A stretch of DNA of 64,000 bases from the human T2T-CHM13v2.0 reference genome, Homo sapiens (GCF_009914755.1 NC_060933.1), one strand, 5' to 3'; shown: positions 1-15,186, counted from the stretch's first letter. Notes: generated from the letters alone by a model not told the origin. Made by a program: numbers and translations.

Positions 1-430
1 CTAAACTGTAGAGGCAACCCAAGTGTCCACTGACAGACGAATGGATAAGCAAAATGCAGTCTCTTCATGCAATGGAATTTTACTCAGTCCTAAAAAGGAA
101 GGAAATTCTGACTTACGTTAGAACATGGATGAACCTTGATGGCATTATGCTTAGTGGAGTAAGTCAGACACAGAAAGACAAACGTATGACTCCGCTTATA
201 TGAGGTACTTAGAGTAGTCAAAAATCACAGAGAGAGAATGTAGAATGGTGGTGCCGGGGCAGAGGAAATGGAGAATTACTGTTGAATGGGTACTGTTTCA
301 CAATATGAAAAGAGTTCTGAGGATGGATGGTAGTAATAGCTGCATAACAATATGAATGTACTTAATACCACTGAACTATATACTTAAAAATGGTTAAGAT
401 AATAAATTTTATATGCATTTTACCACAAAA
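1..430 (+). mobile_element. Old L1M (L1MB-like) 3' end fragment
   Basis: caacccaagtgtcc...atggataagcaaaatg, aaaaggaaggaaattctgac and cttaaaaatggttaag motifs, then an A-rich tail. Confidence 0.8.
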
Positions 431-892
431 ATATATGATAAAAAGTTTAAAAGAAACATTAAAAATAGGTCAAATTGAAGTAATAAATTTAGTTATAAAA
501 AAGAGTTCCAAACTAGCAGTAATTTTAAAAAATTAAATGGTGTAAACTTACCAGTTCAAAGACAAAGATATCTCTTACAGTTCGGATACAGATCACTGCT
601 TCTGCAGTAATAACTAGATAAAATGGGTAAACCACTTTGCATCTGAGGATGCAAAGAAATGTAAAAGAATTAAATTCCTAAAAACAAGAGCCTCTCTTAG
701 GGGAGCAGAGAGCAGTTTATACGGTCTCTGAAGAGGTAAGGAGAAACAAGAAAGTGAGGGAAGAAGGTGGTAGGAGAGGAGGAGAGGGAGATGGAGAGAG
801 GGAGATAGGGAGAGAGAGTGAGGAGGATGGGAAAGAGGAGGAAAGAACAAAGAACAGATGACAAAAATAGAAAACAAATAGCAAGGTGCTTG

Positions 893-1398
893 ATGTGGCA
901 GTTTTGAAGTCTGGTGTTAAAGATCTTTGATACTCCTCCCCCCGAAAGGTGGGGTTTCAGATCCCTTCCCTTGAATCTGAGTGGGGTAGTATGACTGCTC
1001 CTGCTAAGAGAGTACAGTATAACTCTGTGATTTCTGAGGATAGGTTACAAAAGGCTATGTAGCTTCTGCCTGGTTCTCTTGGGGACACTCTCATGAAACC
1101 CAGCCATTATGCTGTTAGGAAGCCAAGAAGCCCCACGTAGAGGCCATGGGTTCCAGATGACAGCCTCATTTGAGGAACCAGCTGACAGTCGGTATCAACT
1201 AACGTCAGGAAAACTAGGGAGTAAGCACGGAGGTGACTCCAGCCCCAGATGCTGAATCCTGCCAGCATTCAAGTCTTCCCAGTGGAGGCCAATTACATTG
1301 TGTAGTGGAGTTCCTAACCCAGAATCTAAAAAGGCATTAAAAGGATTATTATTTTATTCACTAACTTTGGAATGGCTTGTTACTTAACAACAGCAACT
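893..1398 (+). mobile_element. MaLR solo LTR (MLT1G/H-like)
   Basis: Starts tgtggcag; contains ccttgaatctg, agcttctgcctggttctctt and ccagccattatgctg; ends ctaactttggaatggcttgttac..cagcaact. Confidence 0.7.
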
Positions 1399-1887
1399 AT
1401 TATTAAAGATTTAAACCAGCCATATCAATAATTATATTACATAGAAATGTTTTAAATATTAGATGAAAAAGCAGCAGGTGTCACATTAGATAAAACCAAA
1501 AACTATACGCTACCTATGAAAAACCCACTTTAAAGACACAAGTAAGTTAAAAGTAAAAGGATGTACCATGCAAACAGTAATCAAAAGAAAACTGTTATTG
1601 TTGTTACTGTTGTTTTAATGTCAGACAAAGCAGACTTAAAAACAAAAAGTATTACCAGGAAAAAAGAAAGATTTCACAATGATAAAAGGGTCAATTCATC
1701 AAGAAGATGTAACAATTCTAAATGTGTTTATACACAGTTACAGAGCTTAGAAATAAATGAAACAAAAAATGACAGAATTGAAAATAGCAATTAATAACTC
1801 ATAATTGGAGGCTTCAACATCATCTCTTAGGAGATTGATAAAAATAGACAGAAAATCAGAAGACTATAGGGACCTGAACAACACTAT

Positions 1888-2378
1888 TATTGGTAGACAA
1901 TTCTCCATGGGTCTGCTGCATTTCTGCTTTTGCTCCAGACTATATTTTCAATGATATTTGTACAGCCAACCCCTTTGGAAAAGAGACAGGGTCTCATTCA
2001 GAAGAAATGGGACAGGTTTGCTAACTGTCCAACAATAAGAATAATGTCTTCCTCCACGAAAAAGGAAGTTTGTTTGCAGCCTATTATAAAAGATTTGAGC
2101 AATACAAGCTGTAGGTTCCTCAGCTGTGACACAAATCCACATGTGCACAGTATTTATCTAGGACTCTCTGCATCTCTCCCATAGGTCTTCTGGGACCAGA
2201 GGAGCAGATACAAACACCAAACTCTTGTGGCTTGCTGTGCTGTGATTATAAAATCCTTTGTCTCTGACCCAGAAGTCCTATGTCTTCAGCCAGCATGCAT
2301 GAAACAGTGGCAGTCTAACTTGTTACCTTCCAAAAAGGAAGGAAAAAAAAATCTCAGACCGGCCACAGTCTTCGATAA
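1888..2378 (+). mobile_element. ERVL solo LTR (LTR40-like)
   Basis: Begins t.ttggtagacaattctccatgggtc; ends tttgtctctgacccag...aaaatctcagacc..cacagtcttcgata. Confidence 0.65.
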
Positions 2379-2621
2379 TTATCAACCATCTTAACCCAAC
2401 TGACATTTAGAAAATATTCCACCCAACATTATTTTGAAGTTTACATGGAACAATTACTGAAACAAACCAAATTCAGAACCATAAAACAATTCTCAGTGAA
2501 TTTGAGAAGACTGAAATAATACAAATATATAATCAGACACAACAAAATTAAATTATACATCAGTAACAGAAAGATATGTGGAAAAGCCTCAAATATTTGT
2601 TAATTTAAAAACACATTTCTA

Positions 2622-2920
2622 GGCCGGGCCTGGGGGCTCACACCTGTAATCCCAGCACTTTGGGAGGCCGAGGTGGGTGGATCATGAGGTCAGGAGATCG
2701 AGACCATCCTGCGTAACATGGTGAAACACCATCTCTACCAAAAATACAAAACATTAGCCGGGTGTGGTGGTGGGCGCCTGTGGTCCCAGCTACTCGGGAG
2801 GCTGAGGCAGGAGAATGGCATGAACCCAGGAGGCAGAGGTTGCAGTGAGCCAGATTGTGCCACTGCACTCCAGCCTGGGTGACGGTGAGACTCCATCTCA
2901 AAAAAAAAACAAACAAAAAA
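2622..2920 (+). mobile_element. Alu (AluY/Sc-like)
   Basis: Full dimer with TSD aaaaacacatttcta on both sides. Confidence 0.95.
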
Positions 2921-3600
2921 CACATTTCTAAATAACCAATGGTCAAAAAAAGAAATCACAAGGAAAATTAGTAAATTTTTTTTAACTAAATTTAAATAAA
3001 AACACAATGTATCAAAATTCAGTGGATGCACATAAAGCAGCGACTGAGGGAAATTTATAGCTTTAAGTCTCATGGTGTAAATAAAGAAAGGTCTCTGAGC
3101 AAGTATTTGTCACCAGCTTAAGAGCTAGGGTAAGAAAGATCAAATTAAATATAAAGTAAGTAGAAGAAAGAAAATCATAAAGAGCAAAAATCAAAGACAT
3201 CACAAACAATAGATAAAATCAATAAACCCAAAACCTGGCTATTTAAAAAAATTTAATTTGTTAAACCGTTGCTCAGTTCATGGGGGAGAAAAAAGGGAGA
3301 AGACACAAATTCCAATGTCAGAAATAAAAGAGAAGACATCATTACATATCCTACAGATACTAAAAGCATTATTAAAGGATGTTATATCAATAAACTTGAC
3401 AACAAAGATGGAATAGGTAATTCTTTAAATGACAAAAATTATTAAAACCGACTCAAGAAGAAACAGAGAACCTGAATAGAAACTACCTATTTTAAAAATA
3501 AGGAACCTGCAATTTAAAAACTTCCCCCAAAGAAAATCTGAGGACCATAAAGTTTCACTAGTGACTTCAATTAAACATTTAAGGAAGAAAAATAAGGGCA

Positions 3601-3898
3601 GGCCGAGTGTGGTGGCCCATGCCTGTTATCCTAGCACTTTGGGAGGCTAAGGTGGGAGAATCGCTTGAGACTAGGAGTTGGAGACTAGCCTGGGCAACAC
3701 AGGAAAACCTCGTTGCCATAAAAAATTTCAAAATTAGCCAGCTGCAGAGGTACATGCCTGTAGTCCTAGCTACACAGTAGGCTGAGGTGGGAGGACTGCT
3801 TGAGCCCAGGAGGTCAAGGCTGCAGTGAGCTATGATTGGCCACTGCACTCCAGCCTGCGCAACAGAAGGAGACCCTGTCTCAAAAAAATAATAATAAG
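3601..3898 (+). mobile_element. Alu (AluJ-like)
   Basis: Full dimer with gagcccaggaggtcaaggctgcagtgagctatgat. Confidence 0.93.
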
Positions 3899-4182
3899 AG
3901 TGAATTACCCTGATGTCGAAACAAAGACACTGTAAGAAAACAACAGATCAATATTTCTCATGAACATAGACATAAAAACCCTTAACATTTTAGCATATAG
4001 CAGCAATATATTAAAAAGATAACATTACATGACTAAATGGGGACCATCCCAGTAATGAAAAGTAGGTTTAACATTAAAAATCAGTGACTGCATTCTCCAT
4101 ACTAGAATAGTATAAAGAAGAAAAACTATATGATCATCTCAATAGATGCAGAAAAAACATTTAAAAATAGTCAGCATTTGAT

Positions 4183-5009
4183 AGGGTGATGTTAGCTAGA
4201 TGGCAGACTAGGATGGCCCTCTCCGTTCATCCATGGAAACATCAAACAAACAACTACATGCTGATTAAAATGGTTTTGTGGAAGCTGTGGAAACAGGTCA
4301 AGGATATGCAGCAACCAAGCAAACACCCAATCAAGAAAAAGCCACACTGAAAACGATAGGAAATGTCATGCTGTGCTTGCTTGCACTTGCCCTAGCCTTT
4401 CCCTGGCATAGCATGGGAGAGACAAAGAGACCCAATTCCTAGTTTTCTCCCTCATTACAGAGAAAAGTATGTCTGCGGGCTGCCCAAGGGACTGGTTCTT
4501 CATTGCCTGACTCAGAGTTCGGATGGGAATGCTGGGACACTTTGGATCTCAGGTTGAAGGCTGCAGAAGGTAGTGGCAAGTTCTGTAGTGCATGAAAACT
4601 GCAGGAAACTGCAGTCACCTGTGGGCAAGAGATTATGGGCAGAGAAAAACAGCAGAACAGCTGAGTCTCTGTGAAGCAGCAGGAGTAAGGCTCTTAGAGA
4701 AATTAATACATGTAACAGCAGCCATGTATACAGCGGAATTGGAAAAAAACAAAAAACCAGACAGACAAATCCAAGGAAGATGTATATGCCAAAAAAGTGT
4801 AAGACCTTAGGCCTTTACACTGGGCTAACTACTGAAGGTCTTTCCCCACATGGAGCCAGTCTGCAAAAATTGAGAGAATTGGCTGTTTTTTTTCAAATCA
4901 CCAGTTGTCAACAAAATATCACAAGACACACAAAGACACAGGGAAACATGGCCCCTTCAAAGGAACGATATAAATTTCTAGAAACAACCCTAAAGAAATA
5001 CAGGTTTGA
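4183..5009 (+). mobile_element. Old L1M 5' region/ORF1 start
   Basis: gatgttagctagatggcagactagg start; agacacacaaagacacagggaaacatggccc; continues after the L1PA insertion (ttactagacaaagactttt). Confidence 0.5.
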
Positions 5010-6315
5010 CCTGACAAAAACAAGAAATGGGGAAAGGATTCCCTATTCAATAAATGGTGCTGGGAAAACTGGCTAGCCATATGTAGAAAGCTGAAACTGG
5101 ATTCCTCCCTTACACCTTATACAAAAATTAATTCAAGATGTATTAAAAGCTTAAATGTTAGACCTAAAACCATAAAAACCCTAGAAGAAAACCTAGGCGT
5201 ACCATTCAGGATCTAGGCATGGACAAGGACTTCATGACTAAAACACCAAAAGCAATGGCAACAAAAGCCAAAATAGACAAATGGGATCTAATTAAACTAA
5301 AGAGCTTGTGCACAAGCAAAAGAAACTACCATCAGAGTGAACAGGCAACCTACAGAATGGGAGAAAATTTTTGCAATCTAGCCATCTGACAAAGGGCTAA
5401 TATCCAGAATCTACAAAGAACTTAAACAAATTTACAAGAAAAAAATCAAACAACCCCATCAAAAAGTGGGCAAAGGATATGAATAGACACTTCTCAAAAG
5501 AACACATTTATGCAGCCAACAGACACAGGAAAAAATGCTCGTCATCACTGGTCATCAGAGAAATGCAAATCAAAACCACAATGAGATACCATCTCACACC
5601 AGTTAGAATGGCAATCATTAAAAAGTCAGGAAACAACAGGTGCTGGAGAGGATGTGGAGAAATAGGAACACTTTTACACTGTTGGTGGGAGTATAAACAA
5701 GTTCAACCATTGTGGAAGATAGTATGGCAATTCCTCAAGGATCTAGAACTAGAAATACCATTTGACCTAGCCATCCCATTACTGGGTATACACCCAAAGG
5801 ATTACAAATCATGCTGTTATAAAGACACATGCACACGTATGTTTACTGCAGCACTATTCACAATAGCAAAGACTTGGAACCAACCCAAATGTCCAACAAT
5901 GATAGACTGGATTAAGAAAATGTGGCACATATACAGCATGGAATACTATGCAGCCATACAAAAGGATGTGTTCATGTCCTTTGTAGGGACATGGATGAAG
6001 CTGGAAACCATCATTCTGAGCAAGCTACCACAAGGACAGAAAACCAAACATCGCATGTTCTCACTCATAGGTGGGAATTGAACAATGAGAACACTTGGAC
6101 ACAGGGTGGGGAACATCACACACCGGGGCCTGTCATGGGGTAGGGGGAGAGGGGAGGGATAGCATTAGGAGAAATACCTAATGTAAATGACGAGTTAATG
6201 GGTGCAGCACACCAACATGGCACATGTATACATATGTAACAAACCTGCACGCTGTGCACATGTACCCTAGAACTTAAGGCATAATAAAAAATAATAATAA
6301 ATAAATAAATAAATA
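5010..6315 (+). mobile_element. 5'-truncated L1PA (L1PA4/5-like)
   Basis: ORF2 C-terminus (ORF 5479-6081, ...[10 protein letters not shown]), primate 3'UTR, (TAAA)n tail, and perfect 18-bp TSD aaagaaatacaggtttga at 4992-5009 and 6316-6333. Confidence 0.95.
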
Positions 6316-6367
6316 AAAGAAATACAGGTTTGAACTTACTAGACAAAGACTTTTAAAAAACTGTCTG

Positions 6368-6650
6368 GGCCGGGCGTGGTGGCTCATTCCTGTAATCCCA
6401 GCACTTTGGGAGGCTGAGGCGGGCAGATCACGAGGTCAAGAGATCGAGACCACCCTGGCCAACATGGTGAAATCCCGTTTCTACTAAAAAATACAAAAAA
6501 TTAGCCAGGCATGGTGGCATGCACCTGTAGTCCCAGCTACTCCGGAAGGCTGAGGCAGGGGAATCGCTTGAACCCGGGAGCTGAGATTGCGCCACTGCAC
6601 TCCAGCCTGGCGACAGAGCATCTGAAAAAAACAAAAACAAAAACAAAAAG
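6368..6650 (+). mobile_element. Alu (AluSc-like)
   Basis: Dimer with a small deletion in the right arm. Confidence 0.93.
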
Positions 6651-6719
6651 CCACACACAAAATCTGTCTGAAATTATGTTCAACGAGCTAAAACAAGAAA
6701 ACAGAGAACAAATGGAAAT

Positions 6720-8090
6720 CTAGACCCTCTACTCCCACCTCATAACTGTCTAGAAAAGTTAACTTAAAATAGATCACATATCTAAATGTAAAAAGTAACA
6801 CATAAAACTTTTGGAAGAAAACACAGGAGAAAATCTTCATAAACTTGACATAGGCAAAAATTTTTTAGGTATAAAAAGCATGAATTATAATAGAAAAAAA
6901 TGCATGAATTATAACAGAACAAAATGACAAATCAGGAAAATTTTTAAATTTAAAGTAAAAATTTAAAACATATGCACTTTTGAGTATACAATTAAGAAAA
7001 TGAAAAGGCAAGCCACAACTGAGTGGATATGTTCTCTGAATACATATCTTTGACAAAGGAACAGTATCTGGAATATAAAGGGTAGTCTTACACACCTTAA
7101 GAAGAAGATAAATATTTTTTAATGGGCAAAATATTTTAATAGACACTTCACAAAAGAAGATAGAATCACATGAAAAGATGATCAGTGTCAAATCATCAGG
7201 GAAATTCATACCAAAACCACTTTGAGAGACTGCTATACATCCATGAGGACGACTAAGATAAAAACAGACTGATAATGTGAGGTGTTGGTGAACATGTACA
7301 GCTACTGGAACTCTCATAGGTTGGTGGTGAGAATGTAAACCATTTGGCAGTTTCTTATAATATTAAACACATACTATCACACAATCCAGCAATTCCAATC
7401 CTAGGCATTTATCCAAGGGAAATGAAAATGTATGACTATATAAAACTTTTACAAAAAATGTTCAAACTGGGCCTAGGAGCACATGTCTATAGTCCCAGCT
7501 ACCTGGGAGGCTGAGGTGAGAGCATTACTTGAGCCCAGATGTTTAAGTCCAGCCTGAGCAGCAGAGCAAGGCCCCATCTCAAAAAAAAAAAAAAAAAAAA
7601 AAAAATTGTTCATAGCAACTTACTCATAGCCAAAAACTAGAAACAATCCAAATTGCTATCAACAAATGAACAGATAAACAAACTGGTATATGGATACAAC
7701 ATACCATTGGAACATTCTGAACAATAAAAAGTAATCAGCTACATATAAGCTAGAACATGGATAAATCTCAGAAACATTATGCCGAATGAAGGATGCCAGA
7801 CACAGAGTATATACTATATTATTATGTTTATATGAAATTATAGAAAAGAAAAAGTTCATCTATGGTGACAGAAAGCAGATCAGTGGCTAACTGAGACCAG
7901 AGTTGGGAGAAGGACTGACTATAAAAGGGCAAGAGAGAACTTTCTGGGGTGATGAACATGTTTTGTTTCTTGATTGTGGCGGTGGTTATAAAGAGGTATA
8001 CATGTGTCAAAACTATCAAATTATACACTTTAAGAGTGCATTTGATCGCACGTAAAATGTTCCTCAATAAAGTTGATTTTTAAAAAATAA
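6720..8090 (+). mobile_element. Old L1M (L1MC/ME-like) ORF2 end and 3'UTR
   Basis: atagacacttcacaaaagaaga, ccagcaattccaatcctaggcatttatcc, and cctcaataaagttgattt at the end. Confidence 0.8.
7470..7605 (+). mobile_element. Alu monomer (FLAM-like)
   Basis: tagtcccagctacctgggaggctgagg...ccagcctg, then a long poly(A). Confidence 0.85.
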
Positions 8091-8559
8091 TATAACACAA
8101 TAATACATTGCCACAATTCTATGTAATAAAAGCAACAAATTAAAAGATTAAAAGAAAAAAGCCCACTTATGATTCCATTATCCTAACAAAGCTTTTTCAT
8201 TTTCTGTGTTTCCTTCCAATTTCAGTCTGATGCATATATATTTCATACAACTGTTATCATTTTGTATAAAAAATTTTCATCCAGCTTATTTATGTTATAT
8301 GCATTTTTCACATTTCAAAGGCTATACAAAATGACCATACAATATTTCATCAAGTAGTTATGCTATAATTTGTTATACCTGGTTATTCACCAATGCCTAG
8401 ATATTTGGATTCTCATTTTTTCTGATTATAAAAAATATTACAATAAACATCTTCACATATAAAGATCATTTCTTAATTTCAACACTGCTTTGGATAAACT
8501 ATCAGTAACCATGGTTAACATTTTTTTGTATGTAATAAAAACCTTTTTATTTTAGAAAT

Positions 8560-9004
8560 TGTACTAGTTTGCTAGAGCTGCTGTGACAAAGTACCACAAG
8601 TTGAGTGGCTTAAACCACAGAAATTTGTCTCACAGTCTTGATACTAGAATTCTGACAGCAAGGTGTCCTAAGGGCTGATACCTTGTGAGGGCTGTGAGGA
8701 AATGCCTCTCCCTACACTTCTGGGGCTTCCTGGCAGTCTTTGGTATTCCTTGGTTTGCAGAAGCATCAGCTGAGCTCTTTCTTCATCTCCACATAGCATT
8801 CTCCCTGTGTGCATGTCTACGTCTAAATTTCCCCTCTTTATAAAGACAAGAGTCATGTTGATTAGGGTCCACCTTAATCCAGTATGACTTCATCTTAACT
8901 AATCGCTTCTGCAATTCCCTGTTTCCAAGTAAGGCCACATTCTGAGGTATTGGGGGTTAGTACTTCAACATATGAATTTGGGGGCACAAATTCAACCTAT
9001 AACA
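8560..9004 (-). mobile_element. MaLR solo LTR (MLT1B/C-like)
   Basis: tgtactagtttgctagagctgctgtgacaaagtaccac...acttcaacatatgaatttgggg..aattcaacctataaca. Confidence 0.85.
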
Positions 9005-9075
9005 TAAGTAATACAAGCTAATTATTACAAACTCAAAAAGTCGAAAAATATAATGAATAGGTGAGGTTCTTCTCA

Positions 9076-9449
<374 letters not shown>

Positions 9450-9739
9450 TTAACTTTTCTCACATTTCAGTAACATCTCACCCTCTCACAAACCAGCATT
9501 TGGTGCTGCTGATGTACCACAGATTACATATAATATGGCAGTTTGTATTCACTAAAAATAGTAGAGAAGTGGTCTCTGAACACATAAACATTTAAACTTT
9601 GTTCCTACTTGATGGGTCTTTGCAAAGTCCCTGGCGTGTCTCAGAATCATAGAATCACAGATTCTAGAGCTAAAAAGCCTGAGAGTGAGCCTGCCTTTAA
9701 GTGTGCTGGTGGCAACACATTTTTCAAGTGGCTTTACGG

Positions 9740-9890
9740 ACACATCTAGGCCCAACATGGTCTGCCACTTCCTAGCTAGTAAACTCCATTTAAGTTCTCT
9801 CACCTATAAACACGGTGACAATATCTACCTTCATGGAGTTGTGAATAGTTAACAAGATAATGCATGCATAACACATACCAAGCATTCAGT
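9740..9890 (+). mobile_element. MIR fragment
   Basis: ctgccacttcctagct...cacctataaa...tatctaccttcatggagttgtga...gataatgcatg resembles the MIR core. Confidence 0.6.
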
Positions 9891-11875
9891 TAACAGTAAT
9901 ACCATCCTTTTGAAGATTGGTTAAAAAAAAAAAACAGAAAATTTATCATCTTAATCATTCACACTGTTGTGCAACAGATCTCCTGAAATTTTTCATCTTG
10001 CAAAACCTAGACTCTGCATCCATTAAACAACTCCCCTATCACCCCCGCTCCCCAGCTTGTTCTACTTTCTGTTTCTATAAACTTGACTACTTTAGGTGCC
10101 TTATTTAAGTGGAATCATATAGTATTTGTTATTTTTTTTTAATATATAGGAATGAGGGTAAGTAATTTGTAAAAGATCTCACTGGCAGAGCCAGGACAAA
10201 TCTGGATGGTCTGATTCCCAAAGGAGTGACGCATCTGAGGTTATTTTGTAGTTTCAGCTGAACTACAAAAGCCTCCTGATTAGCCAGAATTTTTATAACC
10301 ACTCTTTATGTCTACCATAGAGTAAAGTACTATTCAAACCACACAGCTTTTAAAAGACCTGGAAATCATGATTTATGGGTTTAAATACACTTGGTTCCTC
10401 TGCCATGCTGCTAATTTATAGAAACTCCAATATTGTCAGATCTGATAGGAACAATAGTCAAACTAAGACAAAGTATAATAATCTCTAGGTCAAAAAGAGT
10501 AAGCCAGTTACAGTTACCAGCTCACAATGACTGGATCCTGGGAGGGATGTCAGCCCCCTAAAGAAATGAACATGTGGTCTGGGAAATCACTGAACTTCAA
10601 AACAGATGTAGCGATCAGGCAGCCACGTGTAGTGCAGACATCCACACATCCTCACTAGTGGCTATTCATTAAGAAATACCTCCCACTACAGACGTCACTG
10701 TTTAAATTTACTTTTCACAGGGATTTATCCCTAAATGTTCCAAGGAGCATTACTCAGGCAATTTAGGTTGAAATACAGTGAGCTTATGTCTTGGAAATAT
10801 AGATTACATCTGGAACATAGAGACCTAAAAATTCGCTTCCCTTCAGACTGAGGCTGGGGCACAATAGGGGAAGAGGCATCAGAAGGGGCCTGGAGGATAG
10901 AGAAGGGGAGCTGGTCAATGTTTTACTAACTAAGCCAACTCAGTTAAAGTTATAGTTTAATGGAAAAGCCAACATGATCATAAAACAAAACAAACTGAAA
11001 ACATAAAACAGGTCATCCGGAGAACATCAGTAAATACCATAAACATCCTGTTCCTAATTGGCAATAGATGTCTTGATCTGGCCCATCTGAGCACTGGCAA
11101 ATCACTAAGAAACAATCTGATACAATTAGAATTATAATAAGCAGAACTCCATGTAAATAAAATGAAAAAAACAAAATAAAACAAAACTTCCAAACAAAAT
11201 TAAAACCTACCTAGGAATACAAATGGTATCTCATTTTACCCCTTTAGGGGAGGCAAATTTTCATAATGGGAAGTTTAAGAAGTTCAGTGCACTCACATTA
11301 ATGACTCAGGAGACAGCTACCACTCCCACAAAACATGCACATATAGAGACATTTTAAAAATTCACAATTAGACCTTATGTGTGGAATGAAGTACTGATCA
11401 CAACAAATGGACTTGAAATACTGAAAATGGGAATAACAGTAATTTCCACATTTTCCAGAGCCCTGTAAAATGATGCTAAATGCCATATTTACACTGCAAA
11501 ACTATGAAATGCTGAGAAAAAATTTTCAGACTAAATAAAACCATGATATTTAAGAAAGCAATGGCATTTTGTGGATTTACTAAATGTACTTGCTGAATTT
11601 AGAACCTACCACCAATTCTGCTACCCTAATAAAGTATGACAGAAAACTTTTGTGGTTTCCAAACCTCCAGGAAAAATACACTTACAAAAGTATAAAAAAA
11701 TTTTCCACAATTTCTCTTTTTCAGATGCCTGTTACTAGCCACTTTTATTCAATAATAGACAGGGGGTGAAAAGGAAAAGGATTCAACTTTATTGTAGTCC
11801 CTGATCTATGCTCTAGGGATGGAAAAGGACACCAAAAGGCAGTGAGGAAGGCAGAGGAGAAGACAGCGTCTCCCC

Positions 11876-11955
11876 GGGCAGCTGCCCAGGAACACGGCAG
11901 ACAGGAGTGAGGGTAGCTGCCCAGGAACACGGCAGACAGGAGTGAGGGCAGCTGC
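11876..11955. repeat. 35-bp tandem repeat, 2.3 copies
   Basis: ggg(c/t)agctgcccaggaacacggcagacaggagtga at 11876 and 11911, partial copy at 11946. Confidence 0.95.
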
Positions 11956-12259
11956 TGGGATGCGCTGTCTCCTGCTCCTCCCTTTCGCACATTCTAGTGA
12001 CTTCTGTCATGGATCCCACCACATCTTCCCCTTATACTTCTCAGGGAAAGGTCTATCTTCAACCACAAAACCTCGGCATTCCTTCTTAGAGGAAGACAAA
12101 CTGCCCGGGTTCCCAGAGAAGACAGAATAAACTGCCCAGGTTCCCAAAGACAGAATGTCCACCCACTCCCCAGGAGGGCAAAGCAGGGGAGGAACAAGTG
12201 CAATATCTGTGAAGGATGTTGTGATTTGACAACCATATCATATTCAGCTGTCTCTGCTT

Positions 12260-12551
12260 TGCCCAAGGTCACACCCCCATCCCATAGTGGCCACATCTCA
12301 AGGACTGATGGATGTAGAGCTACAAAGGTCCAGCCCTCCCGTCCCAGCACAGGAAAGCTCTGAGGGGTCTCTCGCTTCTACCCCCACAGGCACAGCTGAC
12401 GGTTCTGTGGAGACTGCAGTGCAGCTAAACTTTTTCCTCTGCACAGTCCTGTCTCCTTCCTTTCTACTCCATAGCTGTTCCTCCCCAAAGCACTCCCTGA
12501 ACACTAATCTCCATCTCAAAGTCAGAGTTCCTGAGAGCCCGACCTATGACA
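12260..12551 (+). mobile_element. ERVL LTR (LTR16A-like) 3' part
   Basis: Ends taatctccatctcaaagtc..ttcctgagagcccgacctatgaca. Confidence 0.65.
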
Positions 12552-13904
12552 TCATCTCTCAACCCACTCTCTCTCCTCTCTAAGAGAAATGATCTACTTG
12601 GTCAGTTCGGGAGAGAAAATTTAAAATGCCCTGCCCGCCATAGGTCCTTTTTCCTTTGTCTTTCCAACTTGCCTTGCCTGCAGAAAGGATGCGTCCTGGC
12701 CTACTGCTGCACCATACTGGGCCAGGCAGGCTCAGTCCCAGCCAGGTAGGCCTCTGGGGGCTCAGCTCACCAGTGCCTGGTGGATTTATCTACTAAATCC
12801 AGAGGAGCCAACCAAACCACAGACACAAGCTACATTCTTGAATCTGTTTAGGTGTAAAGGAACTGTCCAATTGCCTGCCTCTGGTATCTTATTCTCAACT
12901 AGTTCCTAAGACAGGAGACGACTGACAGAAGTGTTATTAGTCTCCTAAAACCTAATGCTATCCTCCACTGCTCCACTCCCACTTCTCCAACATCTCAACC
13001 TGCCAATTCCTGCCCTCCTGCACTGTGCTGAACGTATTTTCAACAAAAAAGCCACCATCTGATTTATATTTACATATGTGTCCCCCAGCCCCCATTTAAA
13101 CCCTTTCAATTAAAAGTTTTGCCTTCCAAGTTAAGTGAATTCTTTACTACGGGCCAAGTGGCCCATTGGGATCAGGCCCAGCTAAACCTTCTTGAGTACC
13201 TAACATTTGATTAATGAGATGGCCATTCTTCTTATCATTAGCAAGAAGAACGTTTCTAGCTATCTCTCTGCCTACACCTCAAATCACTTTCAGGTCTCCT
13301 AGTACCATACAGGCCCTCAGCCTCTGCTCACTTGGGGCCTTGTTCTTCATGTTGCAAACTCAACTGTTCCCCTCTGGAAGCCTCTTAACCACCCCTGCAA
13401 CCTCTCTGCACTCCTCCAACAAAGTGTCTCTCCCTTCCCTCTGGCTACCTCAGCGCCTTCTGCATGCTGTTCCACCCCTTCACTTGGTAAAATGCAATAA
13501 AATCACCAGATCCTCAAAGGCAAGACCTTTCCATCCCCAACACCTGCTTGTACACAGTAGGCACTCAGGATACAATTGTGGAATAAATGAGGGATGGAGG
13601 ATGAAGAAAAGATGGGAGGGGAGCCAGGGCGGAAGCAGGGGCATGCGGAGCATGACAGGTGCCACATTACAACACTCTCGCAGCACTATTGCCTCACACC
13701 ATTAATTTATAAACAAACTCACAGTCCTCCAAAATGCGTCCCAAACTATTTTTCTAACCTTAACTTCTCCCTCTAGGTACCTCATTCTCCAGCCTAACTG
13801 GAGTGATCACTATTTCTTGGCCATGGTCAACTTTGTCCATTCTCTCCTCTCCATGTGGAAGTCCCTCTCCTCATCCCACCACATTTTGCCACAAAAATTC
13901 CTAT

Positions 13905-15170
<1,266 letters not shown>

Positions 15171-15178
15171 GCTTGTGT

Positions 15179-15186
15179 GCACACAT

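Larger units (their letters stand above)
1400..4180 (+). mobile_element. Degenerate L1M ORF2 (EN to RT) interrupted by an LTR and two Alus
   Basis: tcagacaaagcagacttaaaaacaaaaag, aatgataaaagggtcaattcatcaagaaga and atgatcatctcaatagatgcagaaaaa (IISIDAEK) are L1 ORF2 hallmarks. Confidence 0.8.

Noticed and set aside
735-880. Purine-rich tract as a triplex (H-DNA) element
   Set aside because: No clear mirror symmetry; ordinary low-complexity sequence.
2638-3073. Alu-derived ORFs here and at about 9073, 14307, 20978, 24045, 27174, 37520 and 57297
   Set aside because: Standard Alu translation artefacts.
5479-6081. 200-aa ORF
   Set aside because: C-terminus of L1 ORF2 in a 5'-truncated copy.
6872-6925. 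Short duplication gcatgaattataa(t/c)agaa
   Set aside because: Trivial slippage within an old L1.
13214-13705. 163-aa ORF, and similar ORFs at 21472-21954 and 51271-51666
   Set aside because: No recognisable domain, low-complexity or L2-overlapping sequence, and lengths compatible with chance.
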